NCBI RefSeq assembly: GCF_037042905.1
Contig: NC_087252.1
Location: 21,948,001 to 22,012,000 of the forward strand
Direction: 5' to 3'
Origin: Lytechinus pictus
Lineage: Eukaryota
Length of the DNA: 64,000 nucleotides
Shown: one piece after another, positions 1-13,229 of the stretch
Position numbering within the stretch: the stretch's first letter is position 1
How the letters are laid out: every line of letters starts with the position of its first letter
Made by a program: the position numbers and the translations under genes
Notes under the pieces: model-generated
Told to the model about the DNA's origin: nothing
Databases searched by the model: none
The model's input: only the letters and a program-made list of their open reading frames with translations

Positions 1-557
1 TTCACGAAATGCCAAACGATGCAACCCGAAGTGTTGTTGAAGTCTATGACGAAGTCGGGAATCGTCGAAAAACCGAACCAGAAAAGGATCGATGCAACCC
101 ATACGGAAATATTCGCGTAGATCGCCTTTCGCTTGCTCCTGGTGGTGAAATGCCCGATGGGATCGTAGGTTGCTCGGTGTCTATCGATGCAGATGGTGAC
201 GATGATCAGATTTGATACAAACTGGACGCTGCTGAAGACACCGTAGAAGATCCGGCACGAGTTGTTACCCGGGAATGGGAATCGTCTAAAATAGGTGTGC
301 AAGGATGTCACGATAATGACAAACCCAAAGAGAAAGTCCGAGATTGTAAGGTTTATAATGAAGTAGTTGTTGTAGCCACGGAGTCGTTTCTCGACCGCAA
401 AGGCGGCCAGGCTGAGGCCATTGGTCGTGATGATGAGGGCCACTAGAAGCAGCGGTAGGAGTAGGGCGTGGAGACCTCGTCTCTCATCATCCGTTCCCGT
501 CGCTACTGTTTCGTGTTGCTCCTGAAAAACATCGGTCGTATTCCCGTCCCCGTACAT
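1..557 (-). CDS. GPCR A, exon 1 (partial; class A orphan receptor, TM1-ECL2), closest paralog of gene F
   Basis: Manual translation from ATG at 557: MYGDGNTTDVFQEQHETVATGTDDERRGLHALLLPLLLVALIITTNGLSLAAFAVEKRLRGYNNYFIINLTISDFLFG...SCRIFYGVFSSVQFVSNLIIVTICIDRHRATYDP...; open to the window edge, so absent from the ORF track. Confidence 0.93.
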   Translation of the reverse strand, partial: MYGDGNTTDVFQEQHETVATGTDDERRGLHALLLPLLLVALIITTNGLSLAAFAVEKRLRGYNNYFIINLTISDFLFGFVIIVTSLHTYFRRFPFPGNNSCRIFYGVFSSVQFVSNLIIVTICIDRHRATYDPIGHFTTRSKRKAIYANISVWVASILFWFGFSTIPDFVIDFNNTSGCIVWHFV

Positions 558-1284
558 GACTCTTTCTATTGGGCTGGTAATTATATGTTTCTAAATTTTG
601 AATTTTACTAGTGGCACTATAATCGTTGTTTAAAGGATAACTTACTACTGTTACATTCTTATCAAACCCAATGCAAATAGGGCTACATGCTCTTGCTAAC
701 CGTCATTCAAGGTAGTACTTCGATACTAAAACGCTTTGACTTATATACGTGGCAGTATCCCTTGAAAGGAATATCATACAAGGCAGTGTCCTTTGATATG
801 GATATCACCTTTTCAATAGATAGTTAGGATCAAAAGAATCAGTGACGAAAGGTACTATTTCGTTGTAAGATAATGAGTAAAAGCGTTATGTATAACACGG
901 TTGGGGAGAAGTGGTTGTGTAACTATATCGATCTGTTGGTTAATAAAGGTATTTTTTTTATAGAGTACAGGCCTGCGTGTATTGAGGACACGACAATATA
1001 GGCCTATAGATATCTTAAAGGATATCACATGGGATAAATCAATAGTTCATAATTCATAAGAACATTGAAGACAGAAGAGGATACAATGCAGTGAACAGTG
1101 ACATAGTGAGCTAAATACTAGGACCGCAGCATTGCGTATGTCTGGGTCAAGGTTTCTAAAAGATCGGGAACAAATAAAGAGAGAAAGTGAAAATATTTGC
1201 CTTTTTAAAATGGAATTCTTAATTTTGATAAATGATGACATGGTATTGATCACGTTGAAATATTATCACACGTCATCGTTCAAT

Positions 1285-1485
1285 TCCGTTCCCGGCCGCG
1301 TCAGACCAAAAGACGTTAAAAGATTGGAGTTGCTGCTAACCTGTTTGGCGTTCAACGATTTAAGGGATAGAGCTTCGTCGATCTGGCTCTGCAGAGCGGC
1401 TGCCGGGCCGACGATCAATATTGGGCAAAGCTTATTTTCGGAGTATTTTATTTCATTTCTATTTCGAATAATAGAATATGGATTT
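1285..1485 (+). mobile_element. Headless SINE fragment resembling a Meta-domain SINE; related copy at ~6905-7060
   Basis: cccggccgcgtcagaccaaaagacgttaaaa...gctgctaacctgtttggcgttcaacgatttaagggatagagc; absent from the duplicated position upstream of F; family name is from recall. Confidence 0.5.
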
Positions 1486-2713
1486 TCATCTTTTCTTTTC
1501 CCCTACTTTTGTTTTCTTGGTCGTGAAACTTTGGAGACTAGCGCCCAATGCCCCTGTATCTATACGGCAGCGATATCGACGTGTCCCTGATTAATTCATT
1601 CATCACCTCTGTCAAAAAAAAATTTCGTTTCTATTAGGAATATTTTTTTTCCAACTGTTCTTACAAAGACGTTGGCCTTCGCGATAAAGTGCTTCTATTC
1701 ACACCTTAAAAATGTTTTATTGTCCTAGTGGAAAGAGAAAAGGCAAGTACATGTAGGTCTATCTAAGAAGATTTTTTTTTGCAAACCAAGGCAAAGTATG
1801 GCAATGACATCAGGTGTTGGGTAACTAAAATCATTTCTGTCATTTAAGAAAACAGCTACGCTTTCGTAACAGCTTAACCTGGAAACAGAAAGAGGTTATG
1901 ACATACTTGCATATCAATTTGAATGATATTGCACCCCAAGATTTTCTCTTTCTCAAATACCCCCTTTGTCTTTGACCACGCTGCAGAATTAATTTCCTGC
2001 AAAATAGACCATATATATTTCACGAGGATGGTGAGGTTTTTTAATGATAATGGTAATGATGATGATGCCATGATGATAATGATGATGATAGTGATGATAA
2101 CATAAAGAAAGAAACGTTGATATATGCATGTGAGAGAGTGATAAAAATCTTTAGAACTCTGGTCTAATTTTGTGGTTTAACTATGGATAGCCAATTGTGA
2201 CACCAATCTCTAACATTACAGGTTCATTCCATAAGTACATTCGACATTCAAACCATTTATAACTCTCTGGGGATGGCGAATAAAGGAAGGACAAAAGACC
2301 GCTGTAAACGTAAGAAACATGCAATGTAAACAGAATTTTGACATGTTCAACAAGTTAAGATTGCTTTCAGAAAACGGGCTATAGTGCACATGTGAGAGTG
2401 GACACAAGGATAATAATCACTGGTTTAAGTTACCACGTAACACCAATTCTATTTTTTCACCAAACATATACCTGAATGATTACTTATTTGTGTGTCTGAA
2501 CATCGTACAACAGACCAAAGTGTCGGGGCATTAATTTGCCATAGAACATGATGACAAACGGTGATTTCGTGTTCATATTCATCTTCTATCTTAACAAAAC
2601 GTGTGTTTAATTTTACAGTCATAAAAGTTCTACAATATATTTTGAAACTACGTTTTGTAATAAACCATGGTTCTGTATCTGAAAAATGGTGAAGGCGGGT
2701 GGGGGTAATTATC

Positions 2714-3016
2714 CTAGCGACGACAATACCGGATAGGGTGGCAGAGCAAACCAAATACGGTTTTCCTAAAGAGCGGTTGGGAGATGACGTAACAGATCGG
2801 ATTGAGTAGACCGTTCACATAAACGAGCCAAATAGATCCCCAATAAGCCCAGAAGGGTAGCTGCGGATAGGCGAGCGTTGGATCGATAGTGATGACGATC
2901 GATATCACAGTCATGGGGAACCACGTGATGAAGAAGGCCATGGCGATGAAGAGTAGGGTCTTGGTTGCCCTGCGAACCTCAGAGGACGACTCGCGAATAG
3001 CAGCTTTCTGAACTCC
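2714..3016 (-). CDS. GPCR B, exon 2 (TM6-TM7-helix 8)
   Basis: ttttatctAG acceptor, then GVQKAAIRESSSEVRRATKTLLFIAMAFFITWFP...WLVYVNGLLNPICY...YCRR*; 303 nt in frame with exon 1. Confidence 0.95.
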   Translation of the reverse strand, partial: GVQKAAIRESSSEVRRATKTLLFIAMAFFITWFPMTVISIVITIDPTLAYPQLPFWAYWGSIWLVYVNGLLNPICYVISQPLFRKTVFGLLCHPIRYCRR

Positions 3017-3506
3017 CTAGATAAAAGGAACCGATAAATGAACAAACAGGCAGTTGTAAGTGAATAAAATTAATGAAGAACCTCAACAATATATTCAGTC
3101 AAGTACTCAATAAAGTAGACGATAAAAACCAAGTAAATATTTATTTGAATGAAGAAAGAAATCAACATTTTTGGTTAACGTATCGGTTGCGATTTTTCTC
3201 ACCGCCACGCAGAATGAATTCTAGTAAATGTATTGAAAATGTCCGTCGAATGACAATGAATAGCTGTTAGGTCTTTGCCGACATTTGGTGAACCGGAACA
3301 GCAGTTCGTCTAAGTTTCTGAGCTGACGGAAAATTGCAAATATGTCGTTTGTCCAGAGTCCAGGACGAAAATGCCGTTTTGATTCACCACTTTTCGACAA
3401 ATATTTCTTGGTTGCTAATTGTCATGAATGGCATTTGACAATACTAAAAGCGTTCCCCCGTGACAACACCTAAACGGAACAGAGAAGAAAGAACTGTACT
3501 ACTTAC

Positions 3507-4292
3507 AGATATTGTCTTTACTTGAGGGCGCTGTTTATTTTCCTTGACATCACCTTCTGCTAGGCCTTGATCTGACACTGTGGTGTCTTTTGTAAACTCC
3601 TTGTCGATGTGCTTTCCACCGGCGATCCCTTGAATCTTTACGAAGATCCGTATGTAGAGAATCAACGTTATGGTGAAAGGGATGATGAAGCGGATCAGTA
3701 CAGTCGACAATTGGGCGATTGGGAACACAGAATACCAGTGAAAACACCTTGAACCAAGGCGAAACTGTAGGAAATAGTCAGGAACCGTCGTGAATGAAAA
3801 CCAGAAAACAAGAGAAACGATCCACACGCAGATGTTGGTGTAGAGCGCCGTTCGCTTTCTCCGTCGTGTGAAATGTCCGATGGGATCGTAGGTTGCCCGG
3901 TGTCTGTCAACGCAGATGGTGACGATGATCAGGTTAGATACGAATTGGATGCTGTTGCTGACACCGTAGAACACCTTGCACCTAACCGGAAAGGGAAAGG
4001 GAAGACGCCCAAGGTACATGTGTAAGCATGTAATGACGAGAAAAAACCCGAAGATAAAGTCCGAGAGAGTGAGGTTTATGATGAAGTAGTTGTTGTAGCC
4101 ACGCAGCCGTTTCTCGACGACAAAGGCGGCCAGGCTGATACCATTGATCGCAATCATAATGATCACGAAAACCAGGAGTAACAACGGGATCCATCGATTT
4201 ATATCAGGCTCTGTACCTACTTCTGTAAGTTCTGTACCTGCTATTTCTGTATATTCTTGAAGTAACTCAGTTGTATTGCCTTCAGCGTACAT
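3507..4292 (-). CDS. GPCR B, exon 1 (TM1-TM5 + ICL3, 262 codons)
   Basis: ORF 3444..4292 with NLxxSD (TM2), C3.25, DRH, W4.50, RFIIP (TM5); GTAAGT donor at 3506 after ...VKTIS, phase 0. Confidence 0.95.
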
Positions 4293-7049
4293 GGTCGATT
4301 ATTGGCTCTGTGATCTGACAAGTACACTTCCAGGTTTAAAGAATCTCTCTTCTGAAGAGGATTGAAAGATACTCTCAGTGTCTTTGGCCAAGTTGGTCTG
4401 ATCTAATTTCCTAATTGCTGAACAACTCTATTTAACCCATCACTAAATATATGTATATTTGCAGTCACGCCTATTACACGCCCCATTCGCGTGACACGCA
4501 ATATTATTTTTTCTCAACTCATAAAGGTTTTGCATTAAATTTCAACTAAGTGCATTTAGTATCGTAATGATTCAAAAATTCATTTAATTTAAAGCACTTA
4601 TTGAACATTTTGTAAAACTAAATCTATCGATTTGATGACATAGATAGATGAACCCACATGCGCAAATTTTGAAGAGATAGAAAAAAAAAAGAGTGGGGGA
4701 GGAGAATGAGAGGAAGAGAGGGCGAGAGAGATGGGGGATGACAGGAATCAACTAATGCAATTTTAGAACCGAAAAAGAATCTTGACAAATTCAATAAAAT
4801 TTGTTTCGGGCACCGTTTACACAAATATTTACAATCAATTAAAAAAATTTACAACGCCGAAACGAGAAAACGGTCGAAATAGCATAATGATCAACATACA
4901 CATTATGATGATTATCAAGCTATGAACATCGTTTTTGCTATTTGAAATTGATCACAAATCTTTGTGTTACCGTCCTCGTAGCGTGTTCTTTTGCCAAGCG
5001 AAAAATCGATTTCCCCATGAATAGGGGAAATAAAAAGAAAAAAAGTATTCCGTTGACCGTTGGTTTCTACTTTTTGAAAAAGAGATCGATTTTTAATGTT
5101 TTATAAGGAAATTATTTCGTTTGGTAAAAAAACTAGGACAACCTCATTTTAGATTGGCAACACTAATCTTCAAGTAGGCTAAGTGTATCATACATGAAGG
5201 TTGAGAATAGTCTCTTGATATTTTCCGAAGAAAACAAACTTAAATTGTAAAGAATATAATCAATATCACCCAACTGAATAAGTCTTAATTCTGAATCATC
5301 TCTTTTACAGTCAATACAAGATCTCTAAAACTTGTTATCGTTAAATAGTGGTGCGGCCTTTTAAAGATTGAGGGGAAACAGGTAAACTTTTACTATTGAT
5401 GTTTTCAGAACGACTTAGTATTTCCGTTTATTCCCGTGAATTGATTGATCTTCATCTTGATTTCGTTGAGGCATTATTACCATACGATCAGAGTTTCTCA
5501 ATTTAAAACGAAGACTTTGAGTTTGAACTGATTTATGTGTTCAAATCATGTCATAGAAAATGAATACTTGCGTTTATCATTTATAGAACAATGATTTAAA
5601 TTGGTGTAGTGATAACATAACATAATCGGTGTGTTCGCTCGATAAGTATAGCGTAACAGGGGCGTAGTAGGGGTCGGTGGCCGGGGTGGGGGGAAGGGGT
5701 CAAGAAAAGCCAAAATTTCCCGGTCATATCATGATGTGAAGAATTGTGAGCATAATTTTTCATGATTGTACGCGAGCGTTAGCGCGAAGCTCTACGCGGT
5801 AGTAGCGTGATCATAGAGATTTTTATTAGCGTGATGACCCCCCCCCCCTAAAAAAGAGTGGGCACAGTATGTGGTATTTTTTCCTGATATTCCCGAGCGA
5901 GCGAAGTAAGAAGTAAAAAAACACACCTTTTTATTACAATCTTACTTAGTGACAGATTTTGACATGATATTCAGGAAACAACATTATATCTTACATTTTT
6001 TATTTTCTCCTTTTCCTTTATATTCTTGGTCGTAGAAATTTTGGGAGCCATGTCCCCAAACCCTTCCATTTGTACATTTTGAGGGGGCACATCGTGGCAA
6101 ATGTGGGCAAATTCTTAAGCGTTGGCGAGCGAGCTTAGCGAGTGAGAAAATTTTTGGCCTTTTTGAAAATGAAATTTTAATGTAATTGAAGAGGCGTGTC
6201 CAGCTCGTTAGCCTTTGGAGAAGGACATAGCCCATGCTTGGGCCGTATATCCGCAACTTCTTGAAATTAAGTATTTTCTGTCTTGATTGCGACCGTTGTT
6301 GCATGCAATAAGCCAGTTCGTAGTTCCACTCTGCGCATGATCAGAAGATTCGGCGCATGATCAGAGGAAGGTCATTTGTACTAAAGTGACATGGTGGTTT
6401 AAAATTTAATGAATTAAGCACTAAATTCGATGTCTTGGTTATTCATTATAAATCATTCTTTTGAAATGTGTTTTTCATTCACATCCACAAAAAATGCGTC
6501 CACGAATGACTAATATATTTCACAGTTTGCCAAGGACATTGTACAACATCCTCTAGTATGCATTCAAAGTAGAAATGCAACGAATAACTTCATAGAGTGT
6601 TCATTGATGTTCTATTCTAGTCACCTTGTCTATTCAATTTCTTCATCCTGCTATGTAAGGCATGCATACGTAATATCTTGCTTTGAAATCTAATTAATGA
6701 AAGAAATGAAAGGTCATTTGACCAAAATTGTCCCAGAAGTAACTACGAACTGGTCTATTTAACAAGCCTATATTGACTTCATACATATACGCTATACTCC
6801 TTCTTTCTTCCCGCTTTCCATTTTTAATCCTCAGCAAACCCGACAGTGTTTTTAAATTCTTCTTTTTTTTTGTCTTCCTTCTTCCTCATTTTTTTCTACT
6901 TTCATGTAAAAAAGATGGAAGCTACTGCTACCCTGCTTAGCGTACAAAGATTCAAGGGATAGAGCAACCTCGATATGCTGCCGGGCCCACGATTAATATT
7001 CAGCAAATTGAATTTTGGGAGGATTTATATTTCTGATTTCTATTTCGAA

Positions 7050-7175
7050 CGATATAATATATATTATTGTTATTATTATTATCATTATTATCATTATTAC
7101 TACTCTTATTATTATTATGACTATCATTATTATCATTATTATAATTGAAAATATAATTATTAAACATATAATTTT
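7050..7175. repeat. (ATT)n low-complexity tract
   Basis: Direct inspection. Confidence 0.85.
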
Positions 7176-7556
7176 ATACAATTTTCAGAATGAACGTGAC
7201 AGCAAGAGACCGCCATTGGGAACAGTTTTATTTTGAATTACGCTAAATTTCTAAGACGTAGTCCATGCTTAAAATTATTAAATCTAAATGAATAAAAAAA
7301 AAATCACCGAGCGGATCGTTGAAATTCCACCGAAATCTGATAATAAGCAACAAAGGTATTGCATTTTAAAATTTAGCCTTTTATGTTAAAGCAGCTATAT
7401 ACACGTTGTCATGAATATGCATCAGGTGAGCGGATGATGTCATGTATCCACTTTCCCATTTCTTATGCTATCACATGAAATCATGATTATTTCATATTTT
7501 CATACAGTATGACAATGTCTCCTTTGTAAGATATTGCAGAAATAATTATCTTACAC

Positions 7557-7817
7557 GGGTCGTGTGGTCCAATGGTTAGAGCATTGGACTCATAATCGCA
7601 AGGTTGTGAGTTCGAATCACCACTCTGGCATTGTCTCCACTTTGATAAAAAGACCCGAGAGTGATATCTGTCGTCTATAACGTCAGCCACTATGACTGAT
7701 TAACCTAGACGTAAAATGTTTCCTAGGTAATTGGTTATATACCAGCTTGGCGTTTACCAGCAAAAGTTGTCCTGTCGAATTCCTACGGGAGTTACCATAA
7801 ACAGAAACAGAAACAGA
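7557..7817 (+). mobile_element. tRNA-derived SINE
   Basis: A box TGGTCCAATGG, B box GTTCGAATC, ~180-nt body, (AACAGA)n tail. Confidence 0.8.
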
Positions 7818-8509
7818 TATATCCTCAGTAGTCAATCCATTTTTCGTTCTTGGAGGACACTACGTGAATAAATATAATGTCATAAAATAAATACAGAAGA
7901 ATAAATGGGGATGTGACATCAGCAGCTTGCTAATTTGCATATTCATGAGGACAATGCATGGAACTATTTCTCCGAAACAACGCAAAACCTTTAAATATCC
8001 TAACATTATAAATCCTTGGCCGATTTGATAAGATTTTAGGGTTAGTTTTGTTTGTTTGATTTGGCTTTATATATTCTATTCGTACCACTTTCAACCTGGA
8101 GTAGGGCCAACCCCTTTTAATAACAATCTAAAGTTTTTGATGAAATACGCCGAATATCATGTTTAACATGAAATACAGAGTAGTAATTTTCATTATTTGT
8201 TAGTGTTATCCGGTTGATTCCCTGACAAAGTGACATAAACAAAAAATATGAACCGGTAAATTCATATATGTTTTTGATGGATCGTTCATTTATCGATTAT
8301 ATTGTTTTTAAGGTGACATTCTCTAATTATTGACGCTCACTCATCACTACCCTAAATGTCATACTTCTTTCAATTACTATTTATTGCCACTAGATATACC
8401 GCAATGAGAGAGAGAGCGAGAGAGAAAGAGAGAGAGAGGGGGAGAGATAGCAAACCAAATAGGCCTATACTGTCTGTCTGTCGTTTTATTATTCAGTTGG
8501 CTGTTCATT

Positions 8510-8820
8510 GGGTGGGGTTATATGGGTGTGTCGGAGAGGGTGTGTGTGAGGGGGGTTGTCTGGGCGTGTGTGAGTGGGATGTGTTTGTTTGTATGTGTGT
8601 GGTGGGCGAGTGTGTGTGTGTGTGCTTGTTTGTGTCCAAGGATTTGTATGAGTGTAAGGGTGTGTGTGTGTGGGGGGGGGTGTCTGGGCGTGTGCGCGTG
8701 GGATGTGTTTGTTTGTATGTGTGTGGTGGGCGAGAGTGTGTGTGTGTGTGCTTGTTTGTGTCCAAGGATTTGTATGTGTGTAAGGGAGTGTGTGATGGTG
8801 TGTGTGTGGATCGTGGTGTG
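8510..8820. repeat. GT-rich minisatellite (two ~120-bp units)
   Basis: Duplicated 'tgtctgggcgtgtg...tgtgcttgtttgtgtccaaggatttgtatg'. Confidence 0.85.
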
Positions 8821-9769
8821 AATGTTGATGCTTGATTTTGTAATGGTTATTTTCAATTCCCCCTCTCTTGTTTCAATCTGATTTGAAGATTCTTTTTTTT
8901 CTGTACCCTATTTCGCAAAATGATTTAAATGTACATGAACATAATTGTATATATATGTGTTCATGTATGTGCATGTATGTGGATGTCGGGGTGTGTGTGT
9001 GTATAATTATGTATATGAATGTTGCAGCTCGATGTAAAATGGGATTAGGGATGCTATGATATGTTGATTTTTTTTCTGCAAATCATTCATTATTGATTAA
9101 TTGAGGGTTAAAGGCTCAGTTTAGTTGGGTTTTTTAGGTATAACATATTTTTAAAGCATTCATTCCATCCTTATTTGCTTCAGTTTTTTGGTTAATATTT
9201 TTGTGTAATCTTGTTGATATAAAATTAATGAGGATATGAAAATGTTGGTGTATATATCTTGAGTTCATGTAGATTATTATTAGTAGTATTATGTAAATTA
9301 CAGGGTGCATTTGTGTGTGGTATTAGTCATATAGAGACTACTTTCCCATTGATATTGGTTGAAGTAAAATCAATAAACATATGTAAAATTCTATATTAAA
9401 CAAAAAGAATGCTTGAAATGCAAGCAGTGCTCAGACCTTTTTCACCTTGTGTTGTATGGACTGCAGAAAGCGTGCGCTGGGCTTAGCAAATGAATATCTT
9501 TATCGATGAACCTCATGGCGGAGATATCGATTTCACGATGGTTTGGTAGGAAGGCAAAGGTGAACGGATGAACGGCACAGACTTTTTCCATTCGAATCAA
9601 GTTTTCCCTGGCCATAATGGTAAATAAGATGGCACTGTTATCGATTTTTATCTTCAGAAAATTTTAATCATGAACAAAACGGTGAAAGGACACAAAAAAT
9701 GATGAAGGTTGTGGAATTATGAAGAGCCATTTTTTCAATGATACAATCAACAGGCAATATTGACTCCTG

Positions 9770-10062
9770 GGTCCCGTAACACAAATGTTAGCAATTAATC
9801 GTACGCTTGATTTTTACGATTGATTGTACATAGTATTCAATGCAACCAATCATAGAAAAATGCTCTACGATCATTGCTAAGCGTTGTGTTACGGGCCCCA
9901 GGGCTCCGTAACAAAGATTAGCGATCAATCGCTAAATGGAGCGACCAATCGCGATCAATGTTGCACGCGCATTTGGTTAAAAATACTGACAAGGAACCAA
10001 TCAGAAAGTTTCTTACATATTTGCGATTTATTGCTAAGCTTTGTGTTACGATACGGGGGCCC
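9770..10062. mobile_element. Two head-to-tail Harbinger-like MITEs (duplicate at ~30148-30440)
   Basis: CTG|GGTCCCGTAACACAAA...TTGTGTTACGGGCCC|CAG|GGCTCCGTAACAAAG...; CWG flanks. Confidence 0.65.
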
Positions 10063-10541
10063 GGGCCAACCGAAACGATAGCGTTTAATTCCAATGATAA
10101 ATGCCTACTATCGATCGGTTTAGAGTCGGTTTCGTTGATGTGACTGTAGCGGTAAAGACATATGAAGTCTATTTAAATCGGTGACAAGACATTTGCTCCG
10201 GCGACAATTGCTTCGGGATATATTTCGTCTAAGATGTATATGGTTGGGTAAGGGTTGCAATAGGAGGTTTATGTTAGGTTTAGGGTAATAGCTTTAGGAT
10301 AGTGTTAAATCCAAGGTTAAACTTGCTCGTTTCATTTTTGTGTAGAATGTATAGAGAAGCAATTGTCGCAGGAGCAAATGTCGTGGAAACTTTGAAATCG
10401 TGATCGCTGGGACACGAAAACGGCCCTCATTCTTGGGAGAAATGGTGATTCCAGAAGGGGGACATACGTTAACAACAATGGTAGGGTTGATGGAGAAATA
10501 TTATCAATTTTAAAAGCTTTTTTAAAGTGATATGTATTTAA

Positions 10542-11126
10542 AGGAGAATGAAACCTTTGGAATAAGTAGGCTTGTGTCGAAACAAAAAAATCAAAGAAAA
10601 AGAACAAAGAAAGTTTGAGAAAAATCGGACAAATAATGAGAAAGTTATGAGCATTTGAATATTGCAATCACTAATGTTATGGATATCCTCCCATTGGCAA
10701 TGCGACAAGGATGTGTGATGTCACATGTGAACAACTTTCCCTGTGAGGGACTATAAAATACCCCTAAAATGTCCCTTTTTGCACTTTCTTATGGTGATAC
10801 AAACTCTTTATCCATGATGTATTTTTTTTAACTCTGTATTACATGCCCTCCTATAGAAAGAACACATGATCTACTGATAGATGTGATAAAAGAGGCAATT
10901 TAAGCGAAATATATACTAAAGTAATGGGGAGAGTTGTTCGTAAGTGACATCACACATCTCTGTCGTATTGCCAATTTGAGGATCTCCATAGCATTAGTGA
11001 TCGCAATATTCAAATGCTCATAACTTTCTCAATATTTGTCCGATTTTTCTCAAACTTTCGTTGATCTGTTTCTTTGATTTTTCTGTTTTCACACAAGCTA
11101 TCTTGTTCCAAAGGTTTCATTCTCCT
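10542..11126. mobile_element. Non-autonomous Kolobok-like DNA transposon with ~200-bp TIRs
   Basis: TTAA|AGGAGAATGAAACCTTTGGAA ... TTCCAAAGGTTTCATTCTCCT|GTAA; absent from the D block. Confidence 0.8.
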
Positions 11127-11464
11127 GTAAAAATGACTCATATTAACAGTAAAAAAAAATTTTTTGGGGGTAAACAAGTGCATACATACATAGTTACTAA
11201 GAATGCATATAACATTTCTATTTAAATGCTGGATAAAAGAGCACTGTTGATTTCAATGATCTTAGGCATTGGTGCCATGGCCGGGGATCGAACCCCGAAC
11301 TCTCACGTGTCAGGTGCTTAGCCACCCTTCCACATGATAACAAAAAATCATAACTTGAATGATGATTCCAGTGAAAAGTAAGGCTAGTGACGAATTTTTA
11401 GCACGTGTGAAACCAAACTAGAATCACGAATTCGAATTCTACTCCAGAGGTGAATTCCAATTAA

Positions 11465-12061
11465 AGGGGAATCCAGCCATGGCCATAAAATGTTGTGTTG
11501 GGAAGGAGAAAATAAATTTAACAGAATGGTGATAGTTTGAAAGAAATCGGACAAGCAATAAGAAAGTTATAGCTGCTTTAAAATTGAGATCGCTAATACT
11601 ATGTAGATTTCAAATTGGCAACTTTGTAAGTAAATTATGACAAGGGGCAAGGACAATTTTCCCATAGGCCATGTACTTTATTATCAGGGATTTGTGGTTT
11701 TCTCCTAAGTACCCATTCCCCAGGGGCAGTAATCTAAATATAACCCAGGTAGTATATTGTTTTAAGTCCTCATGAAAGAAAAATATAATTTAAAAAATAA
11801 AACTTTTGGGAAAAATGAAATTTTAGACATAATATGTATTGGAGTACATGGAAGAGTAGTCCTTGCCTTACATCACTATGACATCCCATATGCGGCCAAT
11901 TATGAAGTCTCCATGGGTATAGTGATTACCAATATTTACGACATTTAAAAATTCATAACTTTCTTGTTGTTTGTCCAATATTGTTCAAACTTTCACCTAT
12001 CAACTTGTCTGATTTTTCTTTTCCTTATAAAAACAAGTTTTTATTTGGGTTTGATTCCCCT
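11465..12061. mobile_element. Non-autonomous Kolobok-like element
   Basis: TTAA|AGGGGAATC ... GATTCCCCT|TTAA with imperfect ~120-bp TIRs; absent from the D block. Confidence 0.8.
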
Positions 12062-13229
12062 TTAAGTTTCACTCAAATTATGTACGGTACGAATTTCACG
12101 TGTGAAAGGCTTGACCTCCAAAACACCTTGGGGCGGAGGTTACGTCTCCTTTCAAGCACTTCCGTAGATAATACAATTGTCATACACTCGTCGTATCGAT
12201 GCAGTGCTTTGATTGACAAGTCACCCAAGGTCACATACCGCATTCGCTCGGGAATTCGAATTCAAATTGCACTTTCGAGTGTGCGTGTGAAAGGTCCAGT
12301 TATTCTAAAGACGATTTGTTCAACATTGAGAGAACATATCGAGCATGAGCATGCACAGTTCTGCCCATAAAAGTGTATCGAAAAATATACGGAGCTGGAA
12401 GAAAACTATACGGAGCTATTTGCAGCGATGTGTTTCCCTATCAAAATTATACTTTGTCACATGATGACAAATTAGGCTTTGAGAAAGTATAGTGGGACTT
12501 ATGGCTCCGTCATTATCATAAAAACATTGAAATTTGATGAATAATTGTTAAAACATAAGGCAATGTATTACACAGTACTAATAAATTTAAATTTGATAAA
12601 AAAATAACAAGGAGAAGACATACCGCATCAGTTGGTCATCTTATAACTAAATATACATTAAAAAAAGGAACAACAAAAACGACATGTTTCAACGTAAAGA
12701 TATATGGAAGGAAAGGTGGGTGATTAAAAGAAAGACAGGAAAAGAATAGGAATCGAGATTAAATGTATTATAGGAACGGCACGGACAACGGACAATAGTG
12801 AGTGATACTGTTATACCAAGCTTACTGATTAAAAGGAACGATGTGATATGTTTACATGTGTTTAAGTAGGTATTTGAATGAATGAAGAGATTTGTAATAC
12901 CTTATATGCTCAGGCAGTTGATTCCAATTGAATGAGCTTATATAGGTACAGGATGTCTTTATCTCATGTAATGTTATTCACGAGAGTTTTCCTTTAGATA
13001 TGATTAATCAATGATGAAAAGTCCTTTATTCTAGTCAAGTCCCCTTATCATTTGAAATACAAAAAAGAAGAAAGTATTGAAAAATATCGGTGGCCTTTTA
13101 TCATTTGAAGTATAAAAGCGTCTACGAAAATGAGCTCTGGAATCTCGATGCCCTATCAAAAAAACATTTTAAAAAGCTCAATTTCCAGTTTTCTTTTATA
13201 TCTATTGATTTTTATATCTATTTATAACT

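Larger units (their letters stand above)
1..5875 (-). repeat. Inverted segmental duplication arm (genes B+A); mate is ~49150..55100
   Basis: Reverse complement aligns through coding, intron and intergenic DNA, e.g. 5821-5874 vs 49150-49200, 5160-5260 vs 49750-49860, 2150-2700 vs 52740-53280. Confidence 0.92.

Noticed and set aside
7557-7630. tRNA gene (CAT-like anticodon loop)
   Set aside because: Acceptor stem pairs poorly and the sequence continues into a body with a simple-repeat tail, so it is a SINE
8356-8856. Cys/Val- or His/Thr-rich ORFs
   Set aside because: Translations of a GT minisatellite
9884-10143. ORFs conserved at 30262-30524
   Set aside because: They lie within duplicated MITEs; similarity is explained by the segmental duplication
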